From Prorocentrum cordatum (taxonomy: Eukaryota), in contig CAUYUJ010000066.1 of the NCBI GenBank assembly GCA_963575745.1, positions 62,001 to 118,798 of the forward strand: a stretch of 56,798 bases of DNA, read 5' to 3'. The notes below the pieces were generated by a model that was not told where the DNA came from, did not search any database, and saw only the letters and a list, made by a program, of their open reading frames with translations. Shown here one piece after another: positions 36,616-50,448 of this stretch. The translations under genes and the position numbers were made by a program. The number at the start of each line of letters is the position of its first letter. Within the stretch, counting starts at the first letter, position 1.

Positions 36616-37244
36616 CAGAGATGTCAGTCCCAGGAAGTGCTCGGCTCACGCGCGCCGCAGGGCCAGATCGGCGGCGGCGCCTCCCACGTCAGCCGCGCGT
36701 GCGTGCTGCCCCCCCTCCTGGAGGCCCTCTCCCCCCTGGTGAGCATACGCTTCCAGCGAGTGCCGTTTTCATGGTCCTGTGCAAGGCCGTGGCCTGTTCC
36801 GTGGCCCTGCCTTCCTCTCTCCCACCCCGCTCTTCCCCCTATCCTCCTCCTCCCCCGCGCTGCAGCGCAAGAGCTGGCCGCGCGCGCCCTCAGGGGGGGG
36901 GGAACCGGGCAGGCAGAGGGCGCAGCCCTGCCCCGAAGGCTACTGACAAGCGCCTGCGACCATCCCCTCCTCTTCCTCCTCCTCCTCCTCTTTCTCCTCC
37001 TCCTCCCTCCTCCTCCTCCTCCTCCTCTCCTCCTCCTCCTCCTCTCTCCTCCTCCCTCCTCCTCCTCCTCCTCCTCCTCCTCCTCCTCCTCCTCCTCCTC
37101 CTCCTCCCCTTCTCCTCCGCCCCCTCCGTCCACTCCCTCCGCTCCCTCCCTCCCCCCTTCCCCGCTTCGCCGCCCTCCCGCATTCGCTCTCTCTGTACAT
37201 CCTTTCGCTCCCCCCGCTCCGCCCCCATGCGAGCAATGCTCAAA

Positions 37245-38480
37245 CCGTTGGAAGACAACCGTTTGAAGACCATGATGCGTATCAAAACATCCTTTCCGGG
37301 ATTCCAACGCCACGGATCAACCTGACTGATGCGTCATGGCCACCCTGAATCGTGCCAGAACGCCATTCCTGGGACTTCAACACCGCGAATCAACGTAAAT
37401 TTGCGCGCTCATAACCCCGAATCCTTCCAAAACCACTTCTGGTACGCTGATCATGCGAATCCGTGGGGCTCTTGCAAATTTCAACGAATGTGCGCGGCTC
37501 TGGGGCGAGATCCACATTTTGAAAAGGAACCGCCCTCAATCCGTGAACCTCTTGCAAATTTTAAAACAAATGTGCGCGGCACTAAAGAGAGGGCCACATG
37601 TTGAAATAGAATCGCCCTCAGTCCGTCAAGCTCTTGCAAATATTGTCAAACGAATGTGCGCGGCGCTAAGGCGAGGCACGCATTTTGAAAACGACCGGCC
37701 CTCCATATGTGAAACAGTTGCCACTTCTTGGCTTCAGGGTCATTCGCGGTGAGGAAGTCTCAGGCGAAACGCCCAGACCGCCCAAAAAAACTGCCCTCGG
37801 GGAGCGACAGGGAGAATTTACTTATAAGGACAACGGAATGGAAGAGGAGCAGGAGGAGGAGAAGGAGGACCAGTGTAAACCCAAGAGCCATCAGCGATGT
37901 TGGAATCCCCCCCCCTCCAGGCTCCCTTTTCACAGGCCCCTACAAGGGTTCATTTCCACTGAAGGAATTGCCCCGTTGGAAAACAACCGTTTGAAGACCA
38001 TGACGCGTATCAAAACATCCTTCCCGGGATTCCAACGCCACGGATCAACCTGACTGATGCGTCATGACGACCCTGAATCGTGCCAGAACGCCAGTCCTGG
38101 GACTTCAACACCGCGAATCCATGTAAATTTTGCGCGCTCATAACCCTGAATCCTTCCAAAACCATTTCTGGTACGCTGATCATGCGAATCCGTGGGGCTC
38201 TTGCAAATTTCAACGAATGTGCGCGGCGTTAAGGCGAGAACCACATGTTGAAAAAGAGCCGCCCTGAATCCGTGAAACTCTTACATTTGTTCAAAAGAAT
38301 GCGCGAGGTGCTAAAGCGAGAGCCACATGTAAAACAAACCGCTCTCAATCCGTGAAGCTCTTGCCACTTTTTAGCTTCAGGGTCATAAGTGCTGAGGAAG
38401 TCTCAGGCGAAACGCCCAGACCGCCCTAAAAACTTGCCTCGGGGTGCGACAGGGAGAAGTTATTTTGAAGGACAAAAGAG
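37245..38480 (+). repeat. About two tandem copies of a roughly 730-bp repeat family
   Basis: CCGTTGGAAGACAACCGTTTGAAGACCATG at 37245 and a near-copy at about 37973; homolog at 7505-8200. Confidence 0.8.
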
Positions 38481-39179
38481 TGGAGGAGGAGGAGGAGGAG
38501 GAGGAGGAGGAGGAGGAGAAGGAGCATGAGCGGGAGGAGGAGGAAGATTACGGGCGGGGCTCCGAAGTGGTCACCAGCCCCCTCCACCGAACCCACCCCC
38601 TCTTCCCTCCACCTCTCCTCCACCTCTACTCCCTCTCCAATCCGCTCCTCCTCCTCCTCCTATTCCTATTCCTATTCCTATTCCTATTACTCTTCCTCCT
38701 CCGCTCCACCCCCCTCCCACGTTAGACCGCCGCTTTCATGTGAGAGATTGGCGATCCCCCTGCTCGTGCAGACGTTGGCACGGCCCACTGGCTCTGGTAC
38801 CTCGAACCATCGATGCCTACCCTGCGCACCATCCTGCCGATGCCTAGCCTAGGCATCGACAGTTCGACGCCCAGACATCACCAGGTCGATTCCCAGGCAC
38901 CTGCTACGCCCAACTACGTCGATTGACGCATCCCTCGATGCGTGCGTAGGCCTAGCCATGCGGATACCTGGGCATCGGCGGTGGCACGCCGAGGCATCCA
39001 CATTGCCATGCATGACAACTACGATGATGCGTAGGCATCTAGGCGGGGAGGGGGTTCAAGGTGATGGCTGGGAGTAGAGCGAGCGGGCCGACCGAACGCA
39101 GACGTGCTTGCTGCTCTAGTGGGGAGCCGAACCGCTGCGCCCCTCCCGAGGGCGCGAGAGAGGAGCCGGGCGGGCCGTC

Positions 39180-39236
39180 CCGCGGCGGCGACGCTGGCGT
39201 CGGCCTCGAGCAGGGAGCGCAGCGCGAATGCAGCGC
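39180..39236 (-). CDS. Exon of ARM-repeat-like host gene (donor uncertain: 39205 or about 39180)
   Basis: CCCCAG|GC acceptor; (G)AAFALRSLLEADASVAAA joins in phase to ...ADVLA(G) at 50408. Confidence 0.55.
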
Positions 39237-41079
39237 CTGGGGGGAGGGGGTCGCCTACACTCTGCTTGGGCCCTGTCCCCAGAACGCAATCACTTATGTA
39301 AATCCGCCACCGCGCTTGCAGCGGTTGGTGTGGGTCGGGCCCTTTCGCTTTCTGCGAAGACTAATTCGGCCCCCCCCCAGCGCATCGAGCCCACATTTTT
39401 GTGATCAAGTCCATGCGTTTTTGGCCTTCCAGGCAGACATGGATCCCAAACACACAGCCTGGGGAGAAGGGCTTCCGTGGCCGCTCCCCCCGTTCCCCCC
39501 CCCCGCTCCCGCGCCGGCCCAAGCGTGGTGGCGGAATCGCGCGGCAGCGCAACTGGATCATAGTCCACCGCGCCCAGGCACTCGTCGCAAGACCACGAGA
39601 AGGGGTCGGCGCGCCTGGGCATGACACAGGTCTGGTCGTGACATGCGAGGAGGAGGAGGACGAGGAGGAGGAGGAGGAGGAGAGGAGGAGGAGGAGGAGG
39701 AGGAGGAGGAGGAGGAGGAGGAGGAGGAGGAGGGAGGAGGAGGAGAAGGAGGAGGAGTAGGAGGAGGAGGAGGAGGAGGAGGAGGACCGAAGGGCGCTGG
39801 GCGGCCGAAGCCACCTGCCGCACCTCGGCGCGCCCCCACGCCGAGGGGCGCCGCAGTGGTGTCGCGAGCGGCCCTGGCGCCCGCCGGCGCTCTGGCCAGG
39901 AAAGTGCTTGGCCTGGCGCCACCGGGCCAGCACGTGCCAACCTTCGGTGGTTCGCCTCGGAGCGGAGCGGAGCGAAGCGAAGCGCCGGAGTCGTGCGCGC
40001 TCCTCTCGGGAACCCGCCCGTGCTCATCAGGGCATGGCGTGGAGGCCGTGGCCGCGAAAGTGTCAGCTCTGTACCTGCCCGTCGCCTCGGAGCGGAGAGG
40101 GGAGGAGGAAGGCGGGGGTGAGCGGGGAGCGGGGGAGCGGGGGGAGGGAGCACGGGGAGGGCGAGGGAGGAAGGGAGAGGGGGGGGGGGTAGGCGGGCAC
40201 AGGAGGAGGGAGGAGAGAGAGCCAGGACAAGCCGGGTGCTCTCGCGCCAGATCTGACATCCTACCCCTCCCACTCATCCCTCCCCATTGCGTTTTCTTGT
40301 CTCTATCCGCCGACGCGTTTCATAGCGGACCTGGAACTCCAAAGAGGACCCCGTCGTGTTATGCGCATTGGAGGAAGTGGCGGATGAGCAGGAGGAAAGG
40401 AAGGAGGATAAGGAAGGAGAGGGACGAGGAGGAACTGCAACAGGAGGAGCAGAAGGACCAGGGGAAGGCGGAGGAGGGGAAATGAGGGGGGCGACAACGA
40501 TTAAGCATGACTCGGATCCAGAAAAGTGGCCAGCCCTGGGGCGAGAGCGCCATCCTGAACGACGGGAGCAAAGTGCCGATCCGAAAATGAGGCCCACGCT
40601 GCAGCGTTGACCCCCTTTGGAAGCACCGAAAACAATCGGATTGCAGCACGCCCTGCGTATAGCAAGAATGCAGGGATAGGGCCGAACATTTTCCCGATTG
40701 AGTAAGTGGAGAGAGGAGAGAGTTGCATTCGTAGTGTTCAAGTGTCCAGGACGGTGGCCTACATCCGAATACGCAGCAGGTCCAGGCAACGAGACATGGG
40801 CAAGGATGGGGAGCGGAGGGAGGGAGAGAGCAGGCAGGGGGGAGGAGGAAGGGAGGGAAGGAGGAGGACAGGAGGGAGGGAGGGAGGGAGGGAAGGAGGA
40901 GGGGATCCAGTGGCAATGGAAGGAGGAGGGGGGAGGAGGGAAGGAGGGGAGGCCACGGGGTACGACCAGACCGAGCGAGTGCGCAGAGCAACAGACAAGA
41001 GGGGCAAAGAGAAGGGCAAAGGTCGAGGGCGCGCAACCCGACGATTAGACGGAAAGACAGCCCGAGGCGCCACCTCAGG

Positions 41080-44000
41080 CTACCGCAGACGGAGCCAGAA
41101 GCAGGCGTCGTCTGTGGGGAAGAGGGGGCGGGGCTCACCCCGCCACTCGCCCGAAAGGGGATCTTTACCCGCCTCTAGGCGCTTCAAATACGTGGCGTCT
41201 TTGCTGGATGCAAAACCCTCACACTGGCCCCAAAGGCGGGAACGAGGGGCCGACGGCTGGGCCCTGGCACCGCAGCGGTGGCAGAATGCAAGGGTCTCGC
41301 CAGCAAGACTAAGATGGTGTCCTCTAGCACTACTGGGCCCTACAGGGCCCTGAGCGGGGAGAGGGACCTCAGGGCGGGTGGCATCACGCGCAACCCAGGA
41401 AGGCGCACCAGGACCTCCAGAGGTCCGAGGGCGCTTGCATGGCGGAGGCCCCACAAGCCCGCCAGAGCCCACAGGCCCGACACCGCCCGACACAGAGGCC
41501 GAAGCCGCCGTCCGAGGCGCCTTCGGACGCGGGCCCTCCAGGGGCCCACCCGCCCTGCGGTCTCTCACCGTCCTGGCAGGAGCGGGGGGGGGTGGCGGAG
41601 GGGGGGGGGGACCTGCGCGGCCAGGGAGCGTGCCTCTTTGGCGCGCCGACACGCCTCCCCCAACTCAGCATCCAACTGATCCTCACCCCCACCATCCACC
41701 TGGAACCTCACCCGCTTAAAAGCCAAGGACCGCTCAAGACCCTCGGTCGCGATGGGCGGCGAACTCTCTGGCCCAGCTGAGGCTTCGACGCTTCGAAGCT
41801 CCAAGGAAGGGCTAGCCTCAGAGGGGGGGGCCGAGACGCTCCCGCAGGGCCCACCAGGGCCCCTCGGCCCAGCAAGGGCCGCAGCCAAGGAAGGCTCAGG
41901 CGAGACACCCTCGAGGCCCCAGAGGGCCGCCGCCTCCGCGACCCTACAAAGATTCTTCCTAAGTCTCGCAGCACCTTTCGGCGTTACCGCGTAAGCGGGG
42001 CATCGATCACAACTATACTTCTTGCCCCTCAGCCTCACTCGATGCAGGAGCTGAAGAGGGCAGGCCTGTCCGCCTGCGGGCGAGCCCGTGCCGCGTCGCC
42101 CCCCTCCAGCGCCGCTGCCTGCAGCGCCAGCCGCGGCCAGCTGCGCCCAGCGGCCGCGCAGCTCCATGTCGCGTCTCCGTGGGACGTCCACGCGGTCGGG
42201 TGTCACGGTGCCGTCGAAAATCATCCTGGACGAGTTAGCAATCCAGGTCGCGACCGATCTGAGCGTACAGAGCGAGTCGGTGTAGCTCTTGACAATAGCT
42301 TGGGGAAGGTCGTGCAGCTGGCGACCCCTCTTAGCCGCTTGGTCTGCCAAATCGTTGCAGCGACGATGCCAGGAGTCCTCACTGGAGTGGCCCTTGACGT
42401 ACGAAAGCCGAATCGGACTCTCCAGGTCTCCAGAAACGGAAAAACCTCCATGATCCTCCAAGTGGTGAAATAGGCGACGCCAAAGATCCACATTCTCACG
42501 CCTCGGGTTTAGACACCAGCGCCTGCCACGCGCCAGCCCCTCGAGCAAAGGCATGTAGTCCGTGAAGATATGGAGCGGGGCCACACCGACGGATAGCACC
42601 TGAATCATTGCGTGCAACTCACCACGAGCGGACGTCTGGCGATGGCCAGGCAGCGGCCCAAAGACCGCTCCGTAGTAGCAAGCATCACCAACAACCACGA
42701 AACCCCATCCCGCACGGTCTGCAGCGTCCCAGTGGAGCAGCTTCCTGCACGACCCGTCAGTGAACACCGAGCCCGTGACGACAAAATGTTCATGGGCCCG
42801 AGCTCCACGATCGTAGCGCCAAACACCAGAGTCATTCCTGGGCGGCAAGGCAGGAAGAAAGGAGTTGGGGTAAAGCCCACGCGAATAGAGCAAGTCACCA
42901 GGTGGCGCCCTCTTCGCCGCTTCCAGGGTGGCCCCGGACGCCATCAAACACATGGCATTGCCAGTGCCTGTGGTGGGCGGTACCTTCCACACCAGGACAG
43001 TTCCTGCATTCAGGGCAGTGAGCGTAAGCATGACGGTGCAAGCGCTTCTGCGTGAAATGACCACCCACTACCGCAGTACGCAACGCAGCCCGAGCCAGCG
43101 GATCCAACACCCAACGCTTGGCCTTGGGGCCAGGGCATAGCAAAGCACGTATGGGACTCAACCAAGCACCAGCAGGGTCCTTGTGAGACGGACCATCAAG
43201 CTGAGGCATCACCTCAGGTCTGGCGGCCCATTGGTACCAGCATGCGATCTCATAGTCCTTTAGCGCCAGCCACTTGACCCCTGACGGGGCCACCTCACGC
43301 AAGTCCATAGTAACACCACCACGAGTACGGACTCGAAACGCTGAGGAGACTGTCCAGCCCAAGAAAGACATAGACCGCGCAAACGCACCAGCTGGGCCAG
43401 CCACCAGCTTCCAGCTCTCCTGCCAGTCAACCGAGGCCGCTTTCCAGTATTGAGAGCGCCAAGCCGTCTGCAGCGTAAAATGATCAACATCCCCCGACTG
43501 AATCAACAAAGCCCAGTTGAAAACAAGTCCAACAATGGCCAAGGTCGCAGGTTGAGACTCAAAGTCCCCTTCCAACCTCGATGCAATCCAGTGCGACGCC
43601 CCAGAGGGAATGGCATGCCAGCCCAGCTTCGCCAGGGAAGTCACGCGCTTGATCAGGTGCGGCCCAGCGCCCAGAATGCCCAAGCCGTAGGTAATAGCGG
43701 GGCCGACAGCTGCTTTGGGAACCTGCCTGAACTTCGCTCCAAGGTGGCTCAGCCTCTTGAAGTGCCTTGCCCGCTTTAACGCGCATCCGACACGACCCCG
43801 AAGCACTCGATCACGAACACTCTTGCCAGCGGCCACCTCAAGACCCAGGACCTGCAACCAGGACCTGGCCTGAAAACCGTACCAGCGCATAAAACGAGCC
43901 ACTGCGGGGGCTACGGCATCATCGGACGCGGTGAGGAACGCCTTTGACTTCGCCACGGGAAGGCCGAGGTCCTGCAGGGTGTCACAGAGCAAAGCAACCG

Positions 44001-46560
44001 CATCAGTGGCGATCCTGCACACATCCGCCCGTCTGGCCATCACTTGCAGAGTCAAGTCGCCAGCGAAGATGTCCAACGAGAAAGAAAAACCCACCTGAGC
44101 AGGGATGCCGAGACCGACCGTGCTGACGAAATCATCCATTGACGCAAGCATCAGTAGCTGCACAAAGGCCATGGCGAACTTGCATCCTGGAAGAACGCCC
44201 TGAGACACCGTAACGGCATACGACGTAGCCTGCTGCCGCACGAGCCTGTGAGGCGCACGATACATGCTCATAACACAAGAAAGCAACTGACGCGGAAATC
44301 CGTGCTTGGCCGCCGCCGAGACTAGCCTCCGCCAACAAATGCGGTCGAAGCACTTCTCGACATCAACAATGGCCGTCGCGACTCCTTGCTCCACCGCCAG
44401 TGCAGCTTCAGCCCTCACTAGGACCCGCGTGGCCACATCCAGAGTGGTCTTGCCTGAAGCCAGGGCGAAAAAAACGGCCTGTCGTGCTCCAGCAGCCAGA
44501 CCCGCAGCTGCCTGCTGCGAACCTGCGACCACACGCGGTAAGCCGCCTGCAAAAGAGCGATGGGCCGCCATCCACCTTTGGGCTTCGCCAAGAGCACAAT
44601 GTGGACGGCGGCCAGCTGCGTAGGCCAACGCTCCCAATGCTCCGCCAGCCAGAGCACATAGATGAGCAGTGAGAGGGTCTCGTCCGCGAGCAGGCTGAAG
44701 GAGCGAGGCGCCAGACGGTCAGCACCTTGCCCCGTGTGCCACTTGAAGGACTTTGCCGCCGCGCGCAGTTGGCCAACCTTGGGCACAGGCAACGAAGCGC
44801 GCGGCAAGCGTCGAATCTCCTCAAAGAGCTGCGCCGTGTCGGGGAAATCCGCAAGGTGCCTCACCACAAACACGTCGGGTCCAGCAGCAGCTCCATGCAC
44901 CTGATCACGGGTGGGAATCGCAGAGGCAGCGCGTGCATTCCAAATGCGAGACCAACCGTCCATTTGATCATCCGCAACATCCTGAGCCAACGTAGATGGC
45001 CTCGCATGCCGAACCACTTGGGAATGCCGAACACCCGACGGCTTCGTGAAGCTGAAGAGCGGCTTGATGCGAGACTCACGGCAGTTGGCAGCCCACCGTG
45101 CAAACTCTCTCCTGCCCTCGGCCATCGCCGCCTGTTCCAGGTCTCCAGCAAAAGAGCGAAGCCAACCAATGACAAAATCGACCGACTCCATCAGTAGGCG
45201 CTGAATGCCAGCGAGATCACCTCCCACGGTACCAGTAGTGGGCAAACCAACGTGGTCTCCCGACTGCAACAGGGTCTCACGATCCAGCAGCACCTGGAAA
45301 TCGTCGGGGGACGCCTCCACGACCTCCCGCGCCATCGGCAAGATGCCCCGCAGCGTGGCCACCACGTGCTGGCGCTCGGGCGATCGAAAAGACCTTTCGG
45401 CGCCCAGAGAGACGAGTCTGTCTAAGCGCCGAAGTAAAGCCAGGGGCTGCAGCCTAGCACGCAGCGCATCGTCAGCAGCCTGAGCCAGGCGTCGCGCACG
45501 CCGAGCGTCAGGAGGGGCGGCAGGCCTCGCAGCTGCTGGCGCTCCTCCAGCTTGGCGCCAACTGTATGCCACCTTGCCAGCACGACCGCAGTAGCGAGGA
45601 GCGTCGACCGCAGGAACACCATAACGCACCAGTAACTCCTCCTCCACGACGTTCATAAACTCAGCGTACAGGTGGTCCAGCCGCGCCTGAGCCTGAACAG
45701 GGGTCGCCTCACCTCCCAGTACAACATCCTCCTCGATGAGATCGCGAGTACGATCCACCAGCACAGGCGTGACATCCTCGGTCGGGGCCTCCCTCGGAAA
45801 GGCCTTCGGCGCCCGCAGGACGAGGAACTTGACAGCCTTGGCCCGCGCGTCGAGGGACGTCACCATCGGGAAATGCGGCGATGCAGGCCAGCCGTCCACA
45901 GGCACAGGCTGCGCCAGCGAGCTCGCAATGGACAAGCTGGCCAGCCAGTAATCGATTGTCGTAGGAACCCTGGGCGCTGCGGCACGTGCCCACAGGAAGT
46001 TGCCCTGCAAGAGCAGGGGGCCTAGCGACCACTGCAGCAGGGATGAAGTCCAAGAAACCATACTCGCCAATATGCTTCGGATCGCAGTTGAAATCACCCG
46101 CCATCAGAAACGGCCTGTTCCAACCTCGCAGCGTTGTAGCGATGTCATAGAGCCTCATCACATTCACGTCGCTCCATCGCCCAACTTCAAAGTAGCATGA
46201 CAATAGCACAAGACCACCTCTGATACCAAAAACCGCATGACACGCCACACAGAAACTCGGAATCAGGTCAAAACCTTTCAGTCCAGGCAGCTCCGTCACA
46301 CTGATGTGCCGCCGAATGAAAATACCCACTCCAGCAGAAGGCCGCCCTGACTCCAGACGTCGGCACGAGGAAATAATAGCATGCCACCCCGATCGCGCTG
46401 CCCAGCCTTCAGCACGCCGACGGTCGTCACCATCGATGCGCAGCTCCTGAGCCGCCACAACCTGGATGCCAGGATCGCAATGGGCCAGAAACTCACTGCA
46501 CGACGCCCAGGAAGAACCGCTGTAGGCGACGAAAGAGGCTTGCACACGGGCGCGGCCTCG
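41080..46560 (-). pseudogene. LINE ORF2: APE endonuclease, reverse transcriptase, RNase H, C-terminal Zn modules (frameshifted)
   Basis: VVAAQELR, SAGVGIF, MAGDFN, TIDYW, SPH; KPKGGWRPIALL, DVEKCFDRI, GVLPGC, IFAGDL; VFTDGS, QTSARGELHA, IFTDY, YVKGH, NDLADQAAKRG; H..CDRC and H..FCHRCG..C. Confidence 0.9.
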
Positions 46561-46573
46561 ACGCCCACGGCAT

Positions 46574-47815
46574 CTAGCCTTCCATGTCGGCCTCGCCTGC
46601 GTCCTCCCAGGCGGCAGCGGCGGTTCCCCCGCCTGCGCGAAACGCGCATGCAGCGCCAGGCGGCAGCGCGGCCGCGGGGGAAGCTGCAGCTGCGGGCGAG
46701 GATCCTGCTGGGGGCCCTGCTCCAGCGGCGGCGGGGGCGGCTGCGGCACCTGGGGGCGTGAGGGCCGAGGCGGCAGGGAACGCTGTGCCAAGCGCTGCAA
46801 CCTGCTGCCCGATCGCCTCCAGGACATGGATACCCTGGCCGCTGGCGACGCGCGCGGGAGCGGTGGCGAGCGTGGCCTGGAGGCCGACCAGCGTGGAGGC
46901 GAGGGCTGCCAAGTCAACGCCGCTGGAGCTCGCCGCCGAGGCCGCCACGGCCTGCTGAGCAGCCTGGACCTCGACCTCCAGGCTCTTGACCTCCGAGTCG
47001 GCCATGCCCTGCTGCCTGCGGAGGTCGTCGACCTTCGCAAGGGCCACCACGAGGTCGTCCGCCAGCTGTGAGGCCCGAGCACGTGCCGTACCCACGCGCT
47101 GCTGGAGGGAGACCAGGAGCTGCTCGGGGGGCTGAGCACGGCGCTCCTCCGCCTCCAGGGCAGCGAGCTCCTGTCGAGCTGCCTGGACGAGCGGGTGCTC
47201 CTCGGCGTAGCCGAGCTTCTGAAGAGCTGCCAGACCCTGCCTGGCGCGCACGACTGCGGGCCCAGCAGGTTCTCCATGAGCAGCGCCATCTGGAGGACCA
47301 CCACGAGCACGAGGAGGGCCAGAGCGGCGGCGGCGGCCCGCGGAGGTGGACCTCGCGCCCTGCTCCGAGGCGGTGGGCGACTCGCGGACCGCGCGCCCAA
47401 GGCGGTCTCTGCCGCACTTCCAGCACGTGTCACGGCTGGGGAAGTTGTTGCGGAACCCGCATAGCCTCGATGCCGCACATGGCCAGTTCTGCTGCTGGGG
47501 CGGGGCGGCACCCTGCTTGGGCACCTGCTGGGCCATGCCAACGCAGCTCCCACGGTCGCCGTGATGCCCAGCCAGTCTGGTGCGGGCCGCGGCCAGCCGC
47601 AGCACGAACCTCGCACGAGACCTCAGGCGGCGCTCCCGCCTATGCCACGCAGGGCTGCGCGAGCGGTCCCTCGACGCCACGATTGCGGGCGCCCGCAGCA
47701 GCGGGCAGCCGGCGCGGGGGCTATGGCGCGGGCCCCGCGGCGCCCGCCCGCAGGCAAAACGGCTGCGGGGGGGGCGCGGGGGGGGGCCACGGTGCCAAGC
47801 CACCTGGGAGGCCAC
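46574..47815 (-). CDS. LINE ORF1 with RanBP2-type Zn finger and coiled coil (first ATG at 47536)
   Basis: WPC....CGFRNNFPSRDTCWKCG; heptad-like helical region; TAG stop immediately followed by ATG. Confidence 0.75.
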   Translation of the reverse strand: MASQVAWHRGPPPRPPRSRFACGRAPRGPRHSPRAGCPLLRAPAIVASRDRSRSPAWHRRERRLRSRARFVLRLAAARTRLAGHHGDRGSCVGMAQQVPKQGAAPPQQQNWPCAASRLCGFRNNFPSRDTCWKCGRDRLGRAVRESPTASEQGARSTSAGRRRRSGPPRARGGPPDGAAHGEPAGPAVVRARQGLAALQKLGYAEEHPLVQAARQELAALEAEERRAQPPEQLLVSLQQRVGTARARASQLADDLVVALAKVDDLRRQQGMADSEVKSLEVEVQAAQQAVAASAASSSGVDLAALASTLVGLQATLATAPARVASGQGIHVLEAIGQQVAALGTAFPAASALTPPGAAAAPAAAGAGPPAGSSPAAAASPAAALPPGAACAFRAGGGTAAAAWEDAGEADMEG

Positions 47816-48139
47816 GGGGGGAAGGAGGGTGAGGAGAGGAAGGGGATGAAGGGGGGGGGGTGAGGAGAGGAGGGGATGAAGGGGGAAGGAGGGTGAGGAG
47901 AGGAAGGCGTGAAGGGGGGGTGGGGGGATCAGGCGCCCACCCCCTCTCCCTCGGGCTCGCCCCCGTCGCGGAGCCCTTCCAGCTGCCCGCGGGCTCGCGG
48001 TCGTGGTGCAGTCGGGGCCACTTGTGCGCTCTGACTCCCAGACGCTGGGGATAGATCTGGGGGTTGGAGGGTTTCTCCAGAGGGCTTAGGCGACCCGTCC
48101 TCCTCATCCTCCTCTCCTGCTCCTCCTCCTCCTCCTCCT

Positions 48140-49255
<1,116 letters not shown>

Positions 49256-49640
49256 TCTCTCCTCCTCCTCCTCCCTCCTCCTCCTCCTCCTCCTCCTCCT
49301 CCTCCTCATGCTCCTCCTCCTCCTCCTCCCCCTCCCCCTTCTCCCCCTCCTCCTCCTCCACCGCCTCCTCCTCCTCCTTCTCCTCCTCCTCCTCGGGTCG
49401 CCTACGGCCCCAGGGGAAACCGACCTCGTGGAAGCCGGGCGGCCGCGCGCGGATGCCCCGCTCGGAACGCATTCGTGGCTCGCGCATCGATGGGGATCCC
49501 GCCTCGATGTGCAGACCGCGAAGATGTGGACGCAGAGGAAGAGGGAACGACACGAACACAGACTCTCGGAGGTCCGCGCGGAGAGCTCCGAACATGTAGG
49601 TGTCTCGTGTTTTCGGCTTCTTCGAGGGAATGGATATTAG

Positions 49641-49868
49641 AGGCCTCCTAGATTGGGTCCGATTAGATGGGGTCGTAGGAGCTCGCCGCATCGCCGATGC
49701 ATCAGCGGTGCATCGGCGATGCACTGGCGACGTCGGCGACGCATCAGCGATGTGGGCGTGGAGAAAATTGGGCCCCACTTCAAGCCGCATCGTCGATGCA
49801 TCGCCGATGCATCGGCGGTGCGGCGCGATCCTCCGACCCCATCCGCTCCGACCCCATCTGGGAGGCCT
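49641..49868. mobile_element. MITE family A copy
   Basis: AGGCCTCC...GGAGGCCT termini, palindromic body. Confidence 0.7.
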
Positions 49869-49915
49869 AGAGATCTTCGCTCGAGCGGGGGGGAGAGGAG
49901 GACGAGGAGGAGGAG

Positions 49916-49947
<32 letters not shown>

Positions 49948-50407
49948 TGAGAGGAGGAGGAGGAGGAGGAGGAGCAGGAGGAGGAGAAGGAAGGAGGAGA
50001 GGAGGAGGAGAACGAGACGAAGAGAAGGGAGGAGGAGGAGGCAGAGAGGAGGAGAGGAGGAAGAGGAGGAGGAGGGAGGAAGGAGGAGAAGAAGGAGGAG
50101 GAGGAGGGAGGAGAGAGGAGGAGGAGGAGGACGAGGAGGAGAGAGGACGAGGAGGGGGAGGAGGAGGAGGGAGGAGGAGGGAGGAGGAGGGGGAGGAGGA
50201 GGAGGAGGAGGAGGAGGAGGAGGAGAAGGAGGAGGAGGAAGAGGAGGAAGAGGAGGAGGAGGAGGAGGACGAGGAGAAGGAGGACCCCCTCCTCCTCCTA
50301 CTTTTGGTGGCGGCGGTGGTAAACAAGCCCACCAAGGGGGACGTGCGCGGGTCGGATGGCGGGCGGCTGCGAGCGGGTGAAGTGCCGGTCCTGGCCCCCC
50401 CAGGCGC

Positions 50408-50448
50408 CTGCGAGCACGTCGGCGTCGGCGGGCCAGCGCCGCATCAGC
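50408..50448 (-). CDS. Exon of ARM-repeat-like host gene
   Basis: CACAG|G...CAG|GC; (E)LMRRWPADADVLA(G). Confidence 0.6.

Larger units (their letters stand above)
40610..48090 (-). mobile_element. Near-full-length LINE (non-LTR retrotransposon) with ORF1 and ORF2; ends approximate
   Basis: ORF1 followed by APE-RT-Zn-RNaseH-Zn ORF2 with a few frameshifts. Confidence 0.9.

Noticed and set aside
36717..36776. Candidate linking exon DHENGTRWKRMLTR...
   Set aside because: Phase-compatible only with a GG or later GA donor and the peptide is not ARM-like; insufficient support
39905..39956. ANHRRLARAGPVAP as an ARM exon
   Set aside because: ARM-like by eye, but exons 50408 and 39236 already join in phase without it
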